Shown: in pieces, positions 13,182-26,596 of the stretch
Layout of the letters: each line of letters begins with the position of its first letter
How positions within the stretch are numbered: the stretch's first letter is position 1
Assembly (NCBI RefSeq): GCF_006345805.1
Contig: NC_042998.1
Span: 202,988,001 to 203,052,000, forward strand
Direction: 5' to 3'
Origin: Octopus sinensis
Lineage: Eukaryota
Length of the DNA: 64,000 nucleotides
Notes under the pieces: model-generated
What the model was told of the DNA's origin: nothing
Seen by the model: only the letters and a program-made list of their open reading frames with translations
The model's database searches: none
Program-made: the position numbers and the translations under genes

Positions 13182-13724
13182 GGAGACCCAAAGATGAACC
13201 GGATCCTCGAAACACACACCATCATTAAAAGTAAACGGCAACCAAAATCCTTGAAAAGGATTTTAACCCAAGCTAAACTGCACTCAACATCAACCACAAA
13301 ACCAGCAGTTAGAAAATGTGGAAGGCCCAACTGCGGAATCTGTGTCATCTTGGTAGAAGGTTCAGAATTTATACTAGAACAAGGCCATCAGCTCACCATT
13401 AGAGCAAACTTCACCTGCGCATCAGAAAACTTAATTTACGTCTTAACATGCGCAGGCTGCAATAGGCAGTATATAGGCCATACAAAAAATAGCTTACGTA
13501 ACAGGATGGCAGTGCATAAATCACAAATTAGAAACCCTGAATACCGGAAAATACCGGTCAGCGGACACATAGATAGATGTGCTGCAAATGTAAATCCGAA
13601 ATTTACAACTTACCCACTTTATAAATTCAGTGACAGCGTAACCTTCACGCAACGCCAAAATAAAGAACTTTATTTCATCAAAAAATTTAGACCAAGTTTG
13701 AACACCCTGGGCCAGGAATATTAA
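13182..13724 (+). pseudogene. GIY-YIG endonuclease domain of a PLE ORF (open frame, no 5' end)
   Basis: KCGRPNCGIC Cys motif, then NLIYVLTCAGCNRQYIGHT..LRNRMAVHK, H..RC and ELYFIKKFRPSLN: canonical PLE endonuclease motifs. Confidence 0.9.
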
Positions 13725-14068
13725 AACAAAACATTGATCCTCCGAAAAAGAGAAACGAAATTCTACCACAACCACTACGACTGCCCCAACTCGCACTACT
13801 ACTACAACCACCGTGGTCACTGTTGCTACGGCCACAGTGAGAGAATTATAATAATGGAGGTGGGGCGAATTACAATTTCTCAGATCCTTAAACAGTCACT
13901 CACGCTGACAGTGATATGTCTTAGGGAAGGAAAAATTTATAAAAAGATCTCTTTCTCTACGAGCAGATCTAATCCTGATTCGTCAAAAAAACTGATGACG
14001 TATTACCTCAGTGGTCAAGCTATTGTCACCCTGCTTGGTCCGTTTCCCCACACGATACAGCTATGGGT

Positions 14069-14580
14069 CAGACCCGATTCTGATTGGTCAAAACATTGAT
14101 AACGTCTCGTTCTGCTGGACTAGCCACCTCAGACCCGATTCTGATTGGTCAAAACGATGACGTCTCGTACTGCTGGACTAGCCACCTAACAGGATACAGT
14201 CATGGGTCAGATCTAATTCGTCAAACACGATACAGCTATGGGTCAGACCCGATTCTGATTGGTCAAAACATTGATGACGTCTCGTTCTGCTGGACTAGCC
14301 ACCTCAGACCCGATTCTGATTGGTCAAAACATTGATGACGTCTCGTTCTGCTGGACTAGCCACCTAACAGGATACAGTCATGGGTCAGATCTAATTCGTC
14401 AAAAAAATGATGACGTATTTCTCCCGTGGCCAAACTGTCGTTCCGCTTGGTTGGTTTCCTAACAGGATACAGTTAGGAGTCTTTTCACTATATTCGTTGA
14501 GACTGGGTTTTGATTGGTTTGGAACTATATGACGTCAGTGAAAAGTGCAAGTGACCACAGCTTAGCTGAGCTGATATAAA
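14069..14580 (+). promoter_or_regulatory. Four 58-61 bp repeats with CCAAT and CRE-like motifs, followed by TGACGTCA and TATAAA
   Basis: Units at 14069, 14130, 14244 and 14305 contain GATTGGTC...T(G/A)ACGTC; final ATTGG at 14513, TGACGTCA at 14530-14537, TATAAA at 14575-14580. Confidence 0.55.
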
Positions 14581-14700
14581 TCCAGCAATCACAAAATTCA
14601 CCAAAATTATGCGAGCAGACACCAACCAAAAATCATTACTGTTGCTCCCATTGGAACACAAGGTAAAATCTAAAATGAACTCCTCGCCTTTTCAAGAATA

Positions 14701-14935
14701 TGAATTTTTTATATTTGACTCTATTGAATGTATGTCACAATTATGAACTACTACATCATACTCTTTAAACATAGAGCATGGACTCTCTTTATTATATATG
14801 AAATTTTTATATTTGACTCTATTGAATATTATATATGAATTTGTTATATTGGACTCTATTGAATATATGTTACAATTATGAACTATTACATCGTACTCTT
14901 TAAACATATAGCTTGGACTCTCTTTATTATATATA
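14701..14935. repeat. ~132-bp AT-rich direct duplication
   Basis: GAATTT(T/G)TATATT(T/G)GACTCTATTGAAT...CTCTTTAAACAT...GGACTCTCTTTATTATATAT occurs twice. Confidence 0.8.
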
Positions 14936-15065
14936 ATTTTTTTTATAAGGTTCGTCATTTCAAGAACCGAAACATGTTAAATTTAAATTAAAATTTGTCT
15001 AATATGGCAGCATTTTCAAACTTCATTTTTTACAAATATATACCCACTCGTATACGAGCTAATCT

Positions 15066-15110
<45 letters not shown>

Positions 15111-15227
15111 ATAATAGATTGGTGATATGCGATACCAACGTAGCCATTCCGAAGTCTTTTGCAGAATTTTTTGTCAGTCAACATGTCGCAGTTTTGAGTA
15201 ACAAGAATTTTGACACCAAATTGACAT

Positions 15228-15625
15228 CAGGTGTGGCTGTGTGGTATGAATTTTGCTTCCCAATCACATGGTTCTGAGTTCAGTCCCACTGATTGACACC
15301 GTGGGCAAGTGTCCTGCACTGTAGCCTCGGGCTGACCAAAGTTTTGTGTGTGGATTTGGCAGTCGGAAACTGGAAGAAGCCAGTCGTTTGTGTGTGTGTA
15401 TGTGTGTGTGTGTGTGTGCGTGTGTGTGCGTGTGTGTGTGTGTGTGTGCGCGCGCATGTGTGTGTGTGCATGTGTGTGTGTACGTGCATCTGTGTATGTG
15501 CGTGTGTGTGTGTGTTTGTCTCCCACAACTGTAAAGTGCTGGGGTCGATAAGTTCGACTACAATTCTTCAAAGTGGTGCCCCAGCATGACCGCCGTCTAA
15601 TAACTGAAACAAGTAGAAGATAAGA
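15228..15625 (+). mobile_element. tRNA-headed SINE family B (CORE-like, internal (TG)n)
   Basis: GTGGCTGTGTGGT...GTTCAGTCCCACT...GGGCAAGTGTC core, microsatellite, then CAGCATG(G/A)CCGC...CTGAAACAAGTA tail. Confidence 0.85.
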
Positions 15626-15889
15626 GATATTATAAATGAATGCTTAAGTGAAATTGACGGTCTTCGTGCGTTTCAGTATGGCTAACTTATGGTTTCCAAG
15701 CCGCAATCGCTTTAGTTTCAGCACACGATCTCAGATCAAAACACTTACTCAACAAATATATCTCCGTAACGTAGAAGTTTCTGCATTTATAGAGATTATC
15801 TTCCTTTCGAGAAATTAATAAACAATTACGATCAACTACAAATGAGAAAGTGAGAACACCTCACGAACCGAAAATTCTCCGAAACTGAG

Positions 15890-16123
15890 CTATTTCTTTA
15901 TCACCCACAAGGGGCTAAACATAGAGGGGACAAACAAGGACAGACATAGGTATTAAGTCGATTATATCGACTCCAGTGCGTAACTGGTACTTAATTTATC
16001 CACCCCGAAAGGATAAAAGGCAAAGTCGACCTCGGCGGAATTTGAACTCACAACGTTACGGCAGACGAAATACCGCTAAGCATTTCGCCCGGTGTGCTAA
16101 CATTTCTGCCAGCTCGCCGCCTT
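15890..16123 (-). mobile_element. SINE family A monomer
   Basis: 12-bp TSD TCCGAAACTGAG (15878-15889, 16124-16135). Confidence 0.9.
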
Positions 16124-16275
16124 TCCGAAACTGAGACACCGTTAAGTAAAAGATTATATATTTGTCTGGAGACAAAAGGGCGGCTGTGATTATAAGTTTC
16201 TCCATCAACAGGAATCGTCACCGCACCAGTTATTTAACGTTAAATCCAGCAGATGAGATACTTAGACATACATAG

Positions 16276-16732
<457 letters not shown>

Positions 16733-16746
16733 AATATTGAATCAAT

Positions 16747-16825
<79 letters not shown>

Positions 16826-17079
16826 TAGATATATATATGTATGTACGTATGTATTTATGTATGCATGTATGTATGCATGTACACAGGAAGATAGATACAT
16901 ATATATATACTTAGTTGCACAGACAGGCACATATACATATATGCACACACACACATATACATACATACGCACACACACACATATACATACATACGCACAC
17001 ACACACTTAGACATTTATATATACATACATATTGATATGCGTGTATGTATTTATGTACGTATGTATGTATGAATGTATG

Positions 17080-17118
<39 letters not shown>

Positions 17119-17440
17119 GTATGTATGTATGTATGTATGTGTGTATGTATGTATGTATGTATGTATGTATGTATGCATTATGTATGTATGTGTGTGTATG
17201 TATGAATGAATGTATGTATGTATGTATGTATGTATGTATGTGTGTATGTATGTACGTACGTCCGTATGTATGTATGTATGTATGTATGTATGTATGAATG
17301 TATGTATGTATGCATTATGTATGTATGTATGTATGTATGTATGTATGTATGTATGTATATATGTATGTATGTATGTACGTACGTACGTATGTATGTATGT
17401 ATGCATTATGTATGTATGTATGTATGTGTGTATGTATGTA
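16747..17440. repeat. (GATA)n and (TATG)n microsatellites
   Basis: Direct reading. Confidence 0.95.
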
Positions 17441-18116
17441 ATCAGCTCGAAATAATATTGCTTCTGGTTGTTTTATTAATGAAAATTTTATCAACTCAGA
17501 ATTGAAAAGAAAGTCAGTTTAATGTTTATTTAATTATTTAGTGTCTGCGGCCCGTAAACCAGCGGCTTTAATAGCTTATATCGTTTAGATTAATTAAACA
17601 TTCTGTTATATAGGTGGAAGAATACTATGTGCATATTTTATCTCTTGATTCTTAATTGTTGTTGCCTTTAGTCGCAGAGAAAATGAAAAATTATAGAAAA
17701 TTCTTGGAGGAAATCGCCAAATAGATTAATGCCAGAATTAAAAGAAAGAAGGAGAGAGGACTGTGAACATTTCTTAATGATGAATATTTGAATAAATAAT
17801 TTTTAAATTTTCCTCACGTTTTCAACTAAATGAAATCTTGTTTCTCCGAGGTAGTTCTCAGAGACTGAACTAAACATGGGTGGGTTCTTGGCGAAATTTA
17901 TGAAGAGACACAAATGTATGTATGCGTATGTGTGCATTTGTGTATGTGCGTGTGTGTGTGCGTGCCCGCACTTATGTGTGTGTGTTTATGTGTGTGCGTG
18001 CGCGCGCATTCGTGTGTGGTGAGAGAATGCATATGTATATATATATGTATATACCGTCTTCAATAATAGCGTAAAAAAGACATGTATATCAAGAAATAAC
18101 ACATATAACACATCGT

Positions 18117-18202
<86 letters not shown>

Positions 18203-18333
18203 GTGTACGTATGTATGTATATGTATGTATGTATGTAAATATATATACGTGTGTGTATATGTCTAAGATATACTTTGACTCGAAACTAAACGCGTGCATT
18301 TGTTAAGTAGCTTTACAACTAATACTTACGTAT

Positions 18334-18381
<48 letters not shown>

Positions 18382-18621
18382 CCATATAGATAGATAGAGA
18401 CAGACAGACAGACAGACAAACAAAGATAGAGGAGACAGAGAGACAGAGAGACAGATATTTCGCCTACAATGCTAAACAAATATTCATAAAATTGAGATTT
18501 TAAGACTAGTCTTAAAACAACGGGTCGAAACAGCGAGCCTCTGATACTGTATATTCTGGTGATATACGTGACCTTACTTCAAAGTAAGTCTCCTGCAACA
18601 AACTGTTCTCTTCTGAAAACT

Positions 18622-18973
18622 ATGTCCCACATTAGGCAGTCGCTTATGAGAGCTCAAAATCTCTCGTGGAAGCGCCATCCAACCAAAATGCAAATATATG
18701 GGAAATTACCAGCTGTGTCATCTCTTGTGAAAGGTAGGAGAGTCCAATTTGCTGGACATTGTTGTAGAGCTGAAAAAGAAGTAATTTCTACTCTTCTCCT
18801 CTGGAAGCCATCTACTCGCAATACCAGAGGGCGCACACTCTCCTACTCTCATGTAATCTCCAGGGATACAGGCATCCAGCAACGGGACCTCCGTAATGCC
18901 ATGATGGACCGTGAAGTCTGGCGTAGCATGGTAAATTCCATTGTCTCGACCACGGTCGAACAATGATGATGAT
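18622..18973 (+). mobile_element. RTE-type LINE, 5'-truncated 3' end
   Basis: RRVQFAGHCCRAEKEVISTLLLWKP..RGRTLSY...AMMDREVWR, then a (TGA)n tail. Confidence 0.8.
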
Positions 18974-19219
18974 AGGCAGTCGCATAAGCCCTCCACAGAG
19001 AGCAGTAACGGGCGTTAAATACAAGACTTATCACCGTGGGTAAACATGACTAGGAAAATCTACCTTAAACTACTCCATGTAGAATTAACCTCCTGGGAAC
19101 GAACATTCTCAGAAATAAGATATATATGAACTCTCCAAGGTGCATCTTAACTTTATAAATATGGAACAGATATTTTTTTGTAATATTTTTTTACTGATAC
19201 GACCGTGTTCAAGTTTAAT

Positions 19220-19627
19220 GAGTGGCTGTGTGGTAAGTAGTTTGTTTACCAACCACATGGTTCCGGGTTCAGTCCCACTGCGTGGTACATTGGGCAAGTG
19301 TCTTCTACTATAGCCTCGGGCCGACCAAAGCCTTGTGAGTGGATTTGGTAGACGGAAACTGAAAGAAGCCCGTCGTATATATGTATATATATATAAGTGT
19401 GTGTGTGTATGTTTGTGTGTCTGTGTTTGTCTCCCTAGCATTGCTTGACAACAATGTTGGTGTGTTTACGTCCCCGTCACTTAGCGGTTCGGCAAAAGAG
19501 ACCGATAGAATAAGTCCTGGGCTTCCAAAAGAATAAGTCCCGGGGTCGATTTGCTCGACTAAAGGCGGTGCTCCAGCATGGCCGCAGTCAAATGACTGAA
19601 ACAAGTAAAAAGAGAAAGAGAGTAAGA
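19220..19627 (+). mobile_element. SINE family B
   Basis: Full family B structure; GATACGACCGTGTTC repeated on both flanks (TSD-like). Confidence 0.9.
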
Positions 19628-20079
19628 GATACGACCGTGTTCGGGTTTAATTTTTATTATAAGGATTTTTTTTTTATATTTGCTTATAATTCGTTTATGT
19701 TGAGCTCAGCACAATATTTCTTTTATTCACAATCTATTATTCTGTTAACATTTCAAAACCATCTCGGCTTCGTCGTTTATGAAAATGTTAACGACCTTCA
19801 GACATTTAATGTGACAGCTGCTCAGCCATTTGATCTAATTTCATTTTTATTGCCCAGTATCACCGGGATTAATTCAGGCGCTAAAGTGTTATCTAAATTA
19901 AAGCTGACATTAAAGGAGTTTTGTTATGTCTGAATAACTATTGATAGAAAATTTAAAACCTTTATTTTGAATATCACAATAAGGCCCTTCCTACATTTAT
20001 CTAACGTAACTCCATTAGTGTTGTGATCACTGCTAATCCCTTATCTGAATCGATCGACGCTGGGGATCGGCTATTATAT

Positions 20080-20300
20080 GAACTGGCAGAAACGTTAGCA
20101 TGCCGGGCGAAGTGCGTAGCCGTATTTCGTCTGTAGGTTCAGAGTTCAAATTCCACCGAGGTCGACTTTGCCTTTCATCCTTTCGGGGTCGATAAATAAA
20201 GTACCAGTTACGCACTGGCGTCGATATAATCGACTTAATCCGTTCGTCTGTCCTTGTTTGTCCCCTCTATGTTTAGCCCCTTGTGGGCAATAAAGAAATA
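20080..20300 (+). mobile_element. SINE family A monomer
   Basis: Head CTGGCAGAAACGTTAG through tail AATAAAGAAATA. Confidence 0.85.
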
Positions 20301-20422
20301 TATTATATTTCCCTTTGAGAACGTCCAGTACAGACTGAGATGGCAACATATATTTGTGCAATCATAAGACTCACCACTCGCAAGGAAATTACTTATTGGG
20401 CCTTATATGTCTTTTTTTTTAC

Positions 20423-20570
20423 CTCGACTGTATCCTTATCGAAGAGCAGAATCTTTGTAACATGTGCAATGATCTCCAAGTTTATTCTATTTAACCATAC
20501 ATCAATATTTCTCAGCCAAGTCTGGTGTCTCACTAAGTAAAGAAGACGTTATCGACAGATAAAAATCGAT
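20423..20570 (-). pseudogene. LINE RT relic
   Basis: LSVDNVFFT...WLRNIDVWLNRINLEIIAHVTKILLF resembles the LYADD / L..I..WL..N.L.LN..KTK.L.F RT block. Confidence 0.4.
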
Positions 20571-20863
20571 GGTATTGAATAGTGTGAAGCTAGAATTCTG
20601 TTTATTGCAATTTTCTTTAAACTATTTAACGACTCTGTTGCCATTCGCCCAGTTATTACAATCGAGTTCCTCTCCTAAATTTCTTAGTAATTTTATTTAG
20701 AACTACTTTGCTAATTCGAAAAGTTTAAATAATGAAATTTTTGTCTTAACGTGGTTTATTAGCCGATATCTGGTATTAATGGCAAAAATCGGGGTGTTTT
20801 TTTGTAATATATGTGTGTGCGTATCACAAGCAAAAATTAGCATAAATACATACGTATGTACGT

Positions 20864-20896
<33 letters not shown>

Positions 20897-21220
20897 ATTA
20901 TGTTTGTGTGTCTGTGTTTGTCCCCCAACATCGCTTGATAACCGATGCTGGTGTGTTTACGTCCCCGTAACTTAGCGGTTCTGCAAAAGAGACTGATAGA
21001 ATAAGTACTGGGCTTACAAATAATAGGTCCTGGGGTCGATTTCTTCGAAATGAGGAGTAGATAGACACCCAACAACTGATGAAAGGCGTTCTCTATGTTA
21101 TTTGTCCTGTTTTCCTTTTTTTCTCTCGTTGTTTGCGTATTTAACTCATTTGTTTTCATAATTCATGTTGTTTACATAGTTGGTAACTTCCTGTACTTAT
21201 ATATGCATATATATATATGC

Positions 21221-21294
<74 letters not shown>

Positions 21295-21358
21295 CGTATC
21301 ATAAAACCAAGCGTGGCATCCTATACGGGACAGTGCTACTACTTTTATAGCCTCAGGA

Positions 21359-21453
<95 letters not shown>

Positions 21454-21820
21454 CACATACATATCGCTATAATGGTTAAGAAGTTCGCTTTACAACCACA
21501 TGGCTTCGAGTCCACTCCTACGTCACCACATCTTAACGTATTCTGCTCTAACTACGAATGAATCATTGCCTTGTGAGGGAATCCTGTAGACGGAAACTGC
21601 ATGGAAGCCTGTCATGTGTATGTGTGTCTGTCTGTCTCTCTGTATATCTGTATGTTTGTGTGTCTGTTTGTGTACGTATGTGTTTGTCCCATAAGGCTTA
21701 ATAAACAGTATTTTTTCCGTAGATTTCAAAGATTTAAAATACCCTTAAAAGACGTTATTGTTTACTGATAGCTGGAGTAATCTCAGTTGATTGTAGTCTC
21801 TCAACTCGCTATACTATATA

Positions 21821-22046
21821 GCGAGCTGGCAGAATCGTTAGCACGCTGGGCGAAACGCGTAGCCATATTTCGTCTGCCGTTACGTTCTGAGTTCAAATTC
21901 CGCCGAGGTCGACTTTGCCTTTCATCCTTTCGAGGTCGATAAATTAAGTACCAGTTACGCACTGGGGTCGATGTAATCGACTTAATCCGTTTGTCTGACC
22001 TTGTTTGTCCCCTCTGTGTTTAGCCCCTTGTGGATAGTAAAGAAAT
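21821..22046 (+). mobile_element. SINE family A monomer
   Basis: Full head-to-tail match to the other family A copies. Confidence 0.9.
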
Positions 22047-22550
22047 ATATACTGTATATGTAAAAGGTTACCGTACAATTGTCTATGACTGTCACGCTGT
22101 ATCAAGCTCGGCCACAAAGAGATTCTGCGTGGTCATTTGACTTGCTTGAAATAACAGTCAGATCTCTCACAAATCACACGTAAACATGTTCAGAAATAAA
22201 GGACACATTGTAAGTAATAAAATCGAAACATCCTCTGCTTTCACTAGCTTTGTTTAATGATAAGATCCAGTTCTGCCTGATCGTCACTGTTTCTCCAAAA
22301 TTCCAATTAGCTAATATTATTTGTGTTTTCTTCTTTGCTTGTTGTTTTCGACTTTAAACGCCCATATAGAGAATTTTTATCAGAATGTGGTAATAATCTC
22401 TTTGGCGGGAGTTTTACAACTCACTAAATTGCTTATGGGAGACCCTACGTATGATGTACTGAGGAGTTAAGGTACTTTTGGTGCCAGCGATTTGGTGCCA
22501 GCGATTTGGTGCTAACGATTTGGTGGCCACTGATTCACGTAAAACCTTCT

Positions 22551-22582
<32 letters not shown>

Positions 22583-22827
22583 TCTCTCGATACATATATA
22601 TGTGTGTGTGTGCGCGTGTATGTGTGTGTGCGCGTAGATGTGTGTGTATGCATGTGTACTTGTCTTCCGCGCCAAATAGTCTTGAAACGTTTTGATACCG
22701 AGAACTGATTTTTACTAGTTCGCCATGAACACTACGGAAACTCAAAAATTGTTCCGATGCTTATAAATACCGACTGAAAAGCTAAATAAAGCTACATTTA
22801 TCGATATATCACGATAATAATCTCTTT

Positions 22828-23017
22828 AAAGGCGACGAGCTGACAGAATCGTTAGCATTTCGTCCGTCTTTACGTTCTGAGTTCAAATACCGCCGAGATC
22901 GTCTTTGCTTTTCATCCTTTCGGAGTCGATAAAATAAGTACCAGTTGAGTACTGGAGTCGATGTTACCGACTGACCCGTTCCCCGAAATTGCTGACTTTG
23001 TGCCAAAATTTGAAACC
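22828..23017 (+). mobile_element. SINE family A variant with a different 3' end
   Basis: Family A head and centre, ending ...CCCCGAAATTGCTGACTTTGTGCCAAAATTTGAAAC instead of the usual tail. Confidence 0.7.
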
Positions 23018-23362
23018 TGTATAACAATCTCATCTTTCAGAAAAAGAATTTATATTTTGCTGTGCAATGTGTCATTTCAAGAGAAACTTTCACATCCTAA
23101 CTATTGTACCTTATACTTGATATTACGAACCCGTTGTTGCTATTTCAACCTCTTTGTCCTACAGTGAGGACAACAAATAAATGTTTGAGTGGTAGACTTA
23201 ATCTGTCACTCGGTTTGAAACTAGCTCATGGTACTTTGGGTGCGTTTCGCAAAGCCCAATCTATTGAAAGCATTTTTATCCAAGTGCCCGGTTTTAGAAT
23301 ATCGTCTTCTCTCCTTCCAGTCTCGGAGAACCTCTAAATAGTTATGGGCACCGGCTTACCTC

Positions 23363-23402
<40 letters not shown>

Positions 23403-23756
23403 AATATATTTGTGTGTGCGCGCGCGTGTGTGTATATGTATGTGCACTTATCTTCCGCGCCAAATAATCTAGAGTCAAAAATATTATTATCGCCAAAACA
23501 GTGGGGCCAAAACATCTCCGCACAATCGTCCCACTCCGTATATTTAGTATATGTGATGCTTCCTGTCGTATTTTCCCACAGGTTCTTAATTGGATAAAAC
23601 AGTCCTACATATACTTAAACAATAACCAAAATAAAAGATATATTTGATTACAAATCTACTCTTCCACGTCCGGTCCCGGGATGTGGAAACATCAACATCG
23701 TCGCTATCATCGCCGTCATCACCACCACCAACTTTCCAGACATTAAAGTTATTGTT

Positions 23757-24171
23757 TATTTCTTTACTACTCACAAGGGGCTAAACACAGAGGGGACAAA
23801 CAAGGACAGACAAAGAGATTAAGTCGATTATATTGACCCCAGTGCGTAACTGGTACTTATTTAATCGACCCCGAAAGGATGAAAGGCAAAGTCGACCTCG
23901 GCGGAATTTGAACTCAGAACGTAGCGGCAGACGAAATACCTATTTCTTTACTACCCACAAGGAGCTAAACACAGGGGGGGGGGACAAACAAGGACAGACA
24001 AAGAGATTAAGTCGATTATATTGACCCCAGTGCGTAACTGGTGCTTATTTAATCGACCCCCGAAAGGATCAAAGGCAAAGTCGACCTCGGCGGAATTTGA
24101 ACTCGGAACGTAACGATAGACGGAATACGGCTACGCATTTCACCCGGCGTGCTAACGTTTCTGCCAGCTCG
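23757..24171 (-). mobile_element. SINE family A dimer
   Basis: Junction GAAATACC|TATTTCTTTAC at 23940/23941; head clipped at CCAGCTCG. Confidence 0.9.
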
Positions 24172-24224
24172 ATTTCAAACTGCATTGTACACTCTCCTGA
24201 CACAAAGTAGTACATTATTAAAAC

Positions 24225-24640
24225 CCACTGATCTTCTCGGTTTGAACGGCAGTTTTTTTTAAATAATTTCCACGTAACTAAACACTTTTAAACTTCGTAT
24301 ACTGGTAGAATGTGTTTATAAAACATCTTTTTCTCTTGGCTTTATTGAGAAAATTCTATAGTCTGTAAGATATTTGTGTTTTTTTTTCCTTCAATTTCTG
24401 TAATTTCAACCAATCAATGACGTCTATTTGAGGTGAAAACATTCTGTGCCGTATGAATATGTCCCTCGTTTAAGAAACAGATTGGGTTTATTTACATTTC
24501 TGAAGAAAAAAAGATACCCTTCTCCCCATCCCTAACCCTAACCCTAACCTTAACTAACCCTAACCCTAAAACAGATTGAAATGCAATAGATCGATACTAG
24601 GGACATAATTATGGGTGACAATTTCATATGACACCGCTGT
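24225..24640. repeat. Unclassified interspersed repeat containing (CCCTAA)n telomere-like units
   Basis: CCCTAA units at 24530-24569; left part shares TAACTAAACA..AAACTTCGTATACTGGTAGAATGTGT with 61945-62037 and 63138-63230. Confidence 0.6.
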
Positions 24641-25139
24641 AAAGTGTTGCCCCAAAGTGACCATAGTAAGAAATTTCTAGAGAAAGAAGACAACTATAAA
24701 TGCACGTGCGTGATTGTATGTGTGTGTATGAAAGAGAGAAAAGAGGGTGAGAGACGAGGAGTGAGGAAGCGGTGGAGACATATGCGTGACATGCAATTAA
24801 TAAATCCTCCCCCAGAAAAAAAAATATTCCTCCTCCGCACATGTTTATGAGATCGAACTCAAAACGCTAACCATTGCAGAGTTTATGACTCACTCCTTCC
24901 ATTTGATGTTTATTTATTTATATTTGCAGTTTGTTTGCTTGTCGTTTTTATGGTTGTGACGCTTATAATTTTTATATTTACGTAAGAATGCGCTGTATTA
25001 GATGTTCTTATTGAACATCTTAAAATCACAGATCCCTTTCAAATACTTGCGCATATTCTCCCTCCCTTCCCTTCTTCATCTCCCTCGCTCTTTGTATGTA
25101 TATATATATATATATCTATATGAATACATGCAATGCACT

Positions 25140-25333
25140 CAGGTATGTGTATGATTATATATATATATAATAATACTACTACTACTACTAATAATATATA
25201 TAATAATATAATAATAAATAATAATAATAATAATAATGATATAATAATAATAATATAATAATAATAATATAATGATAATATAAAATAAAATAATATATAA
25301 TAATAATAATGATAATGATAATATATAATAATA

Positions 25334-25370
<37 letters not shown>

Positions 25371-25443
25371 TAGGGAATATTTTTCAAAATTACAGGGAAA
25401 AATTCAATTTAGAAATACTAAATCAAATTTCACAAAATATTAT

Positions 25444-25481
<38 letters not shown>

Positions 25482-25900
25482 ATATATAATATAGAATAAT
25501 ATAAATTAGAAAACCACTTTTATCAATTCAATAATAAAAAAATAAATTATACCATTTAGAAAAATTTTTTAAATAGAAAGATTAAATATAAAGATGCGTA
25601 GTAAGAAGCTTGCTTCCCAACTACATGGTTCCGGGCTCAGTCCCACTTCGTGGCACCTTGTATGTATGTATGTATATATGTATGTATGTATGTATGTATG
25701 CATGTATGCATGTATGTATGTATGCATGTATGTATGTATGTGTGTATGTATGTATTTATGTATGTATGTATGTATGTATTATGTATGCATGTATGTATGT
25801 ATGCATGTATGTATGTATGCATGTATGTATGTATATATGTATGCATGCATGTATCTATGTATGCATGCATGTATGTATGTATGAATGTATGTATGTATCA
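25140..25900. repeat. (TAA)n, (TA)n and (TATG)n microsatellite block with a family B head fragment
   Basis: Direct reading. Confidence 0.9.
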
Positions 25901-26114
25901 AATAAAAAAAGAAATCAGTACAAATACTTGTTAAAAACCAGTCTTGAAGAGTTGAATATTCCATACCAAAATGTTGAATATTTAGCTCTTGACAGAAATA
26001 AATGCCGAAAAAGGATCTGGTCAAGGCTAAAAGATCGCCTTTCAGTTACTCAACGTATTAAAAGACTTGCATTTCTAGGACTGGCTTGTGATGTAGAGAA
26101 GTGTTAAACATTAT

Positions 26115-26304
26115 AGGAGCAGGAGTGGCTGTGTGGTAAGTAGCTTGCTAACCAACCACATGGTTCCGAGTTCAGTCACACTGCGTGGCATCTTGGGCAA
26201 ATGTCTTCTGCTATAGCCTCGGGCCGACCAATGCCTTGTGAGTGGATTTGGTAGACGGAAACTGAAAGAAGTCTGTCGTATATACGTATATTATATATAT
26301 ATAT

Positions 26305-26355
<51 letters not shown>

Positions 26356-26596
26356 ATATTATATTATGTGTGTGTTTTTGTGTGTCTGTGTTTGTCCCCC
26401 TAGCATTGCTTGACAACCGATGCTGGTGTGTTTACGTCCCCGTCACCTAGCGGTTCGGCAAAAGAAACCGATAGAATAAGTACTGGGCTTACAAAGAATA
26501 AGTCCCGGGGGTCGATTTGCTCGACAAAAGGCGGTGCTCCAGCATGGCCGCAGTCAAATAACTGTAACAAGTAAAAGAGTAAAAGAGTAAAAGAGT
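26115..26596 (+). mobile_element. SINE family B
   Basis: Full structure with internal (TA)n and (GTAAAAGA)n tail. Confidence 0.9.

Larger units (their letters stand above)
13180..15070 (+). mobile_element. Penelope-like element, 5'-truncated 3' portion with probable pseudo-LTR
   Basis: Starts right after (CA)n(TA)n, carries the GIY-YIG ORF, then a promoter-like repeat array and a hammerhead-like remnant at 14942-14981, and ends at (TA)n at ~15070. The right boundary is inferred. Confidence 0.6.

Noticed and set aside
14069-14365. CRISPR-like repeat array
   Set aside because: Units are contiguous or separated by repeated rather than unique spacers, and the context is eukaryotic.
20423-20532. 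Well-bounded 110-nt minus-strand exon candidate
   Set aside because: The peptide matches the post-YADD block of LINE RT.
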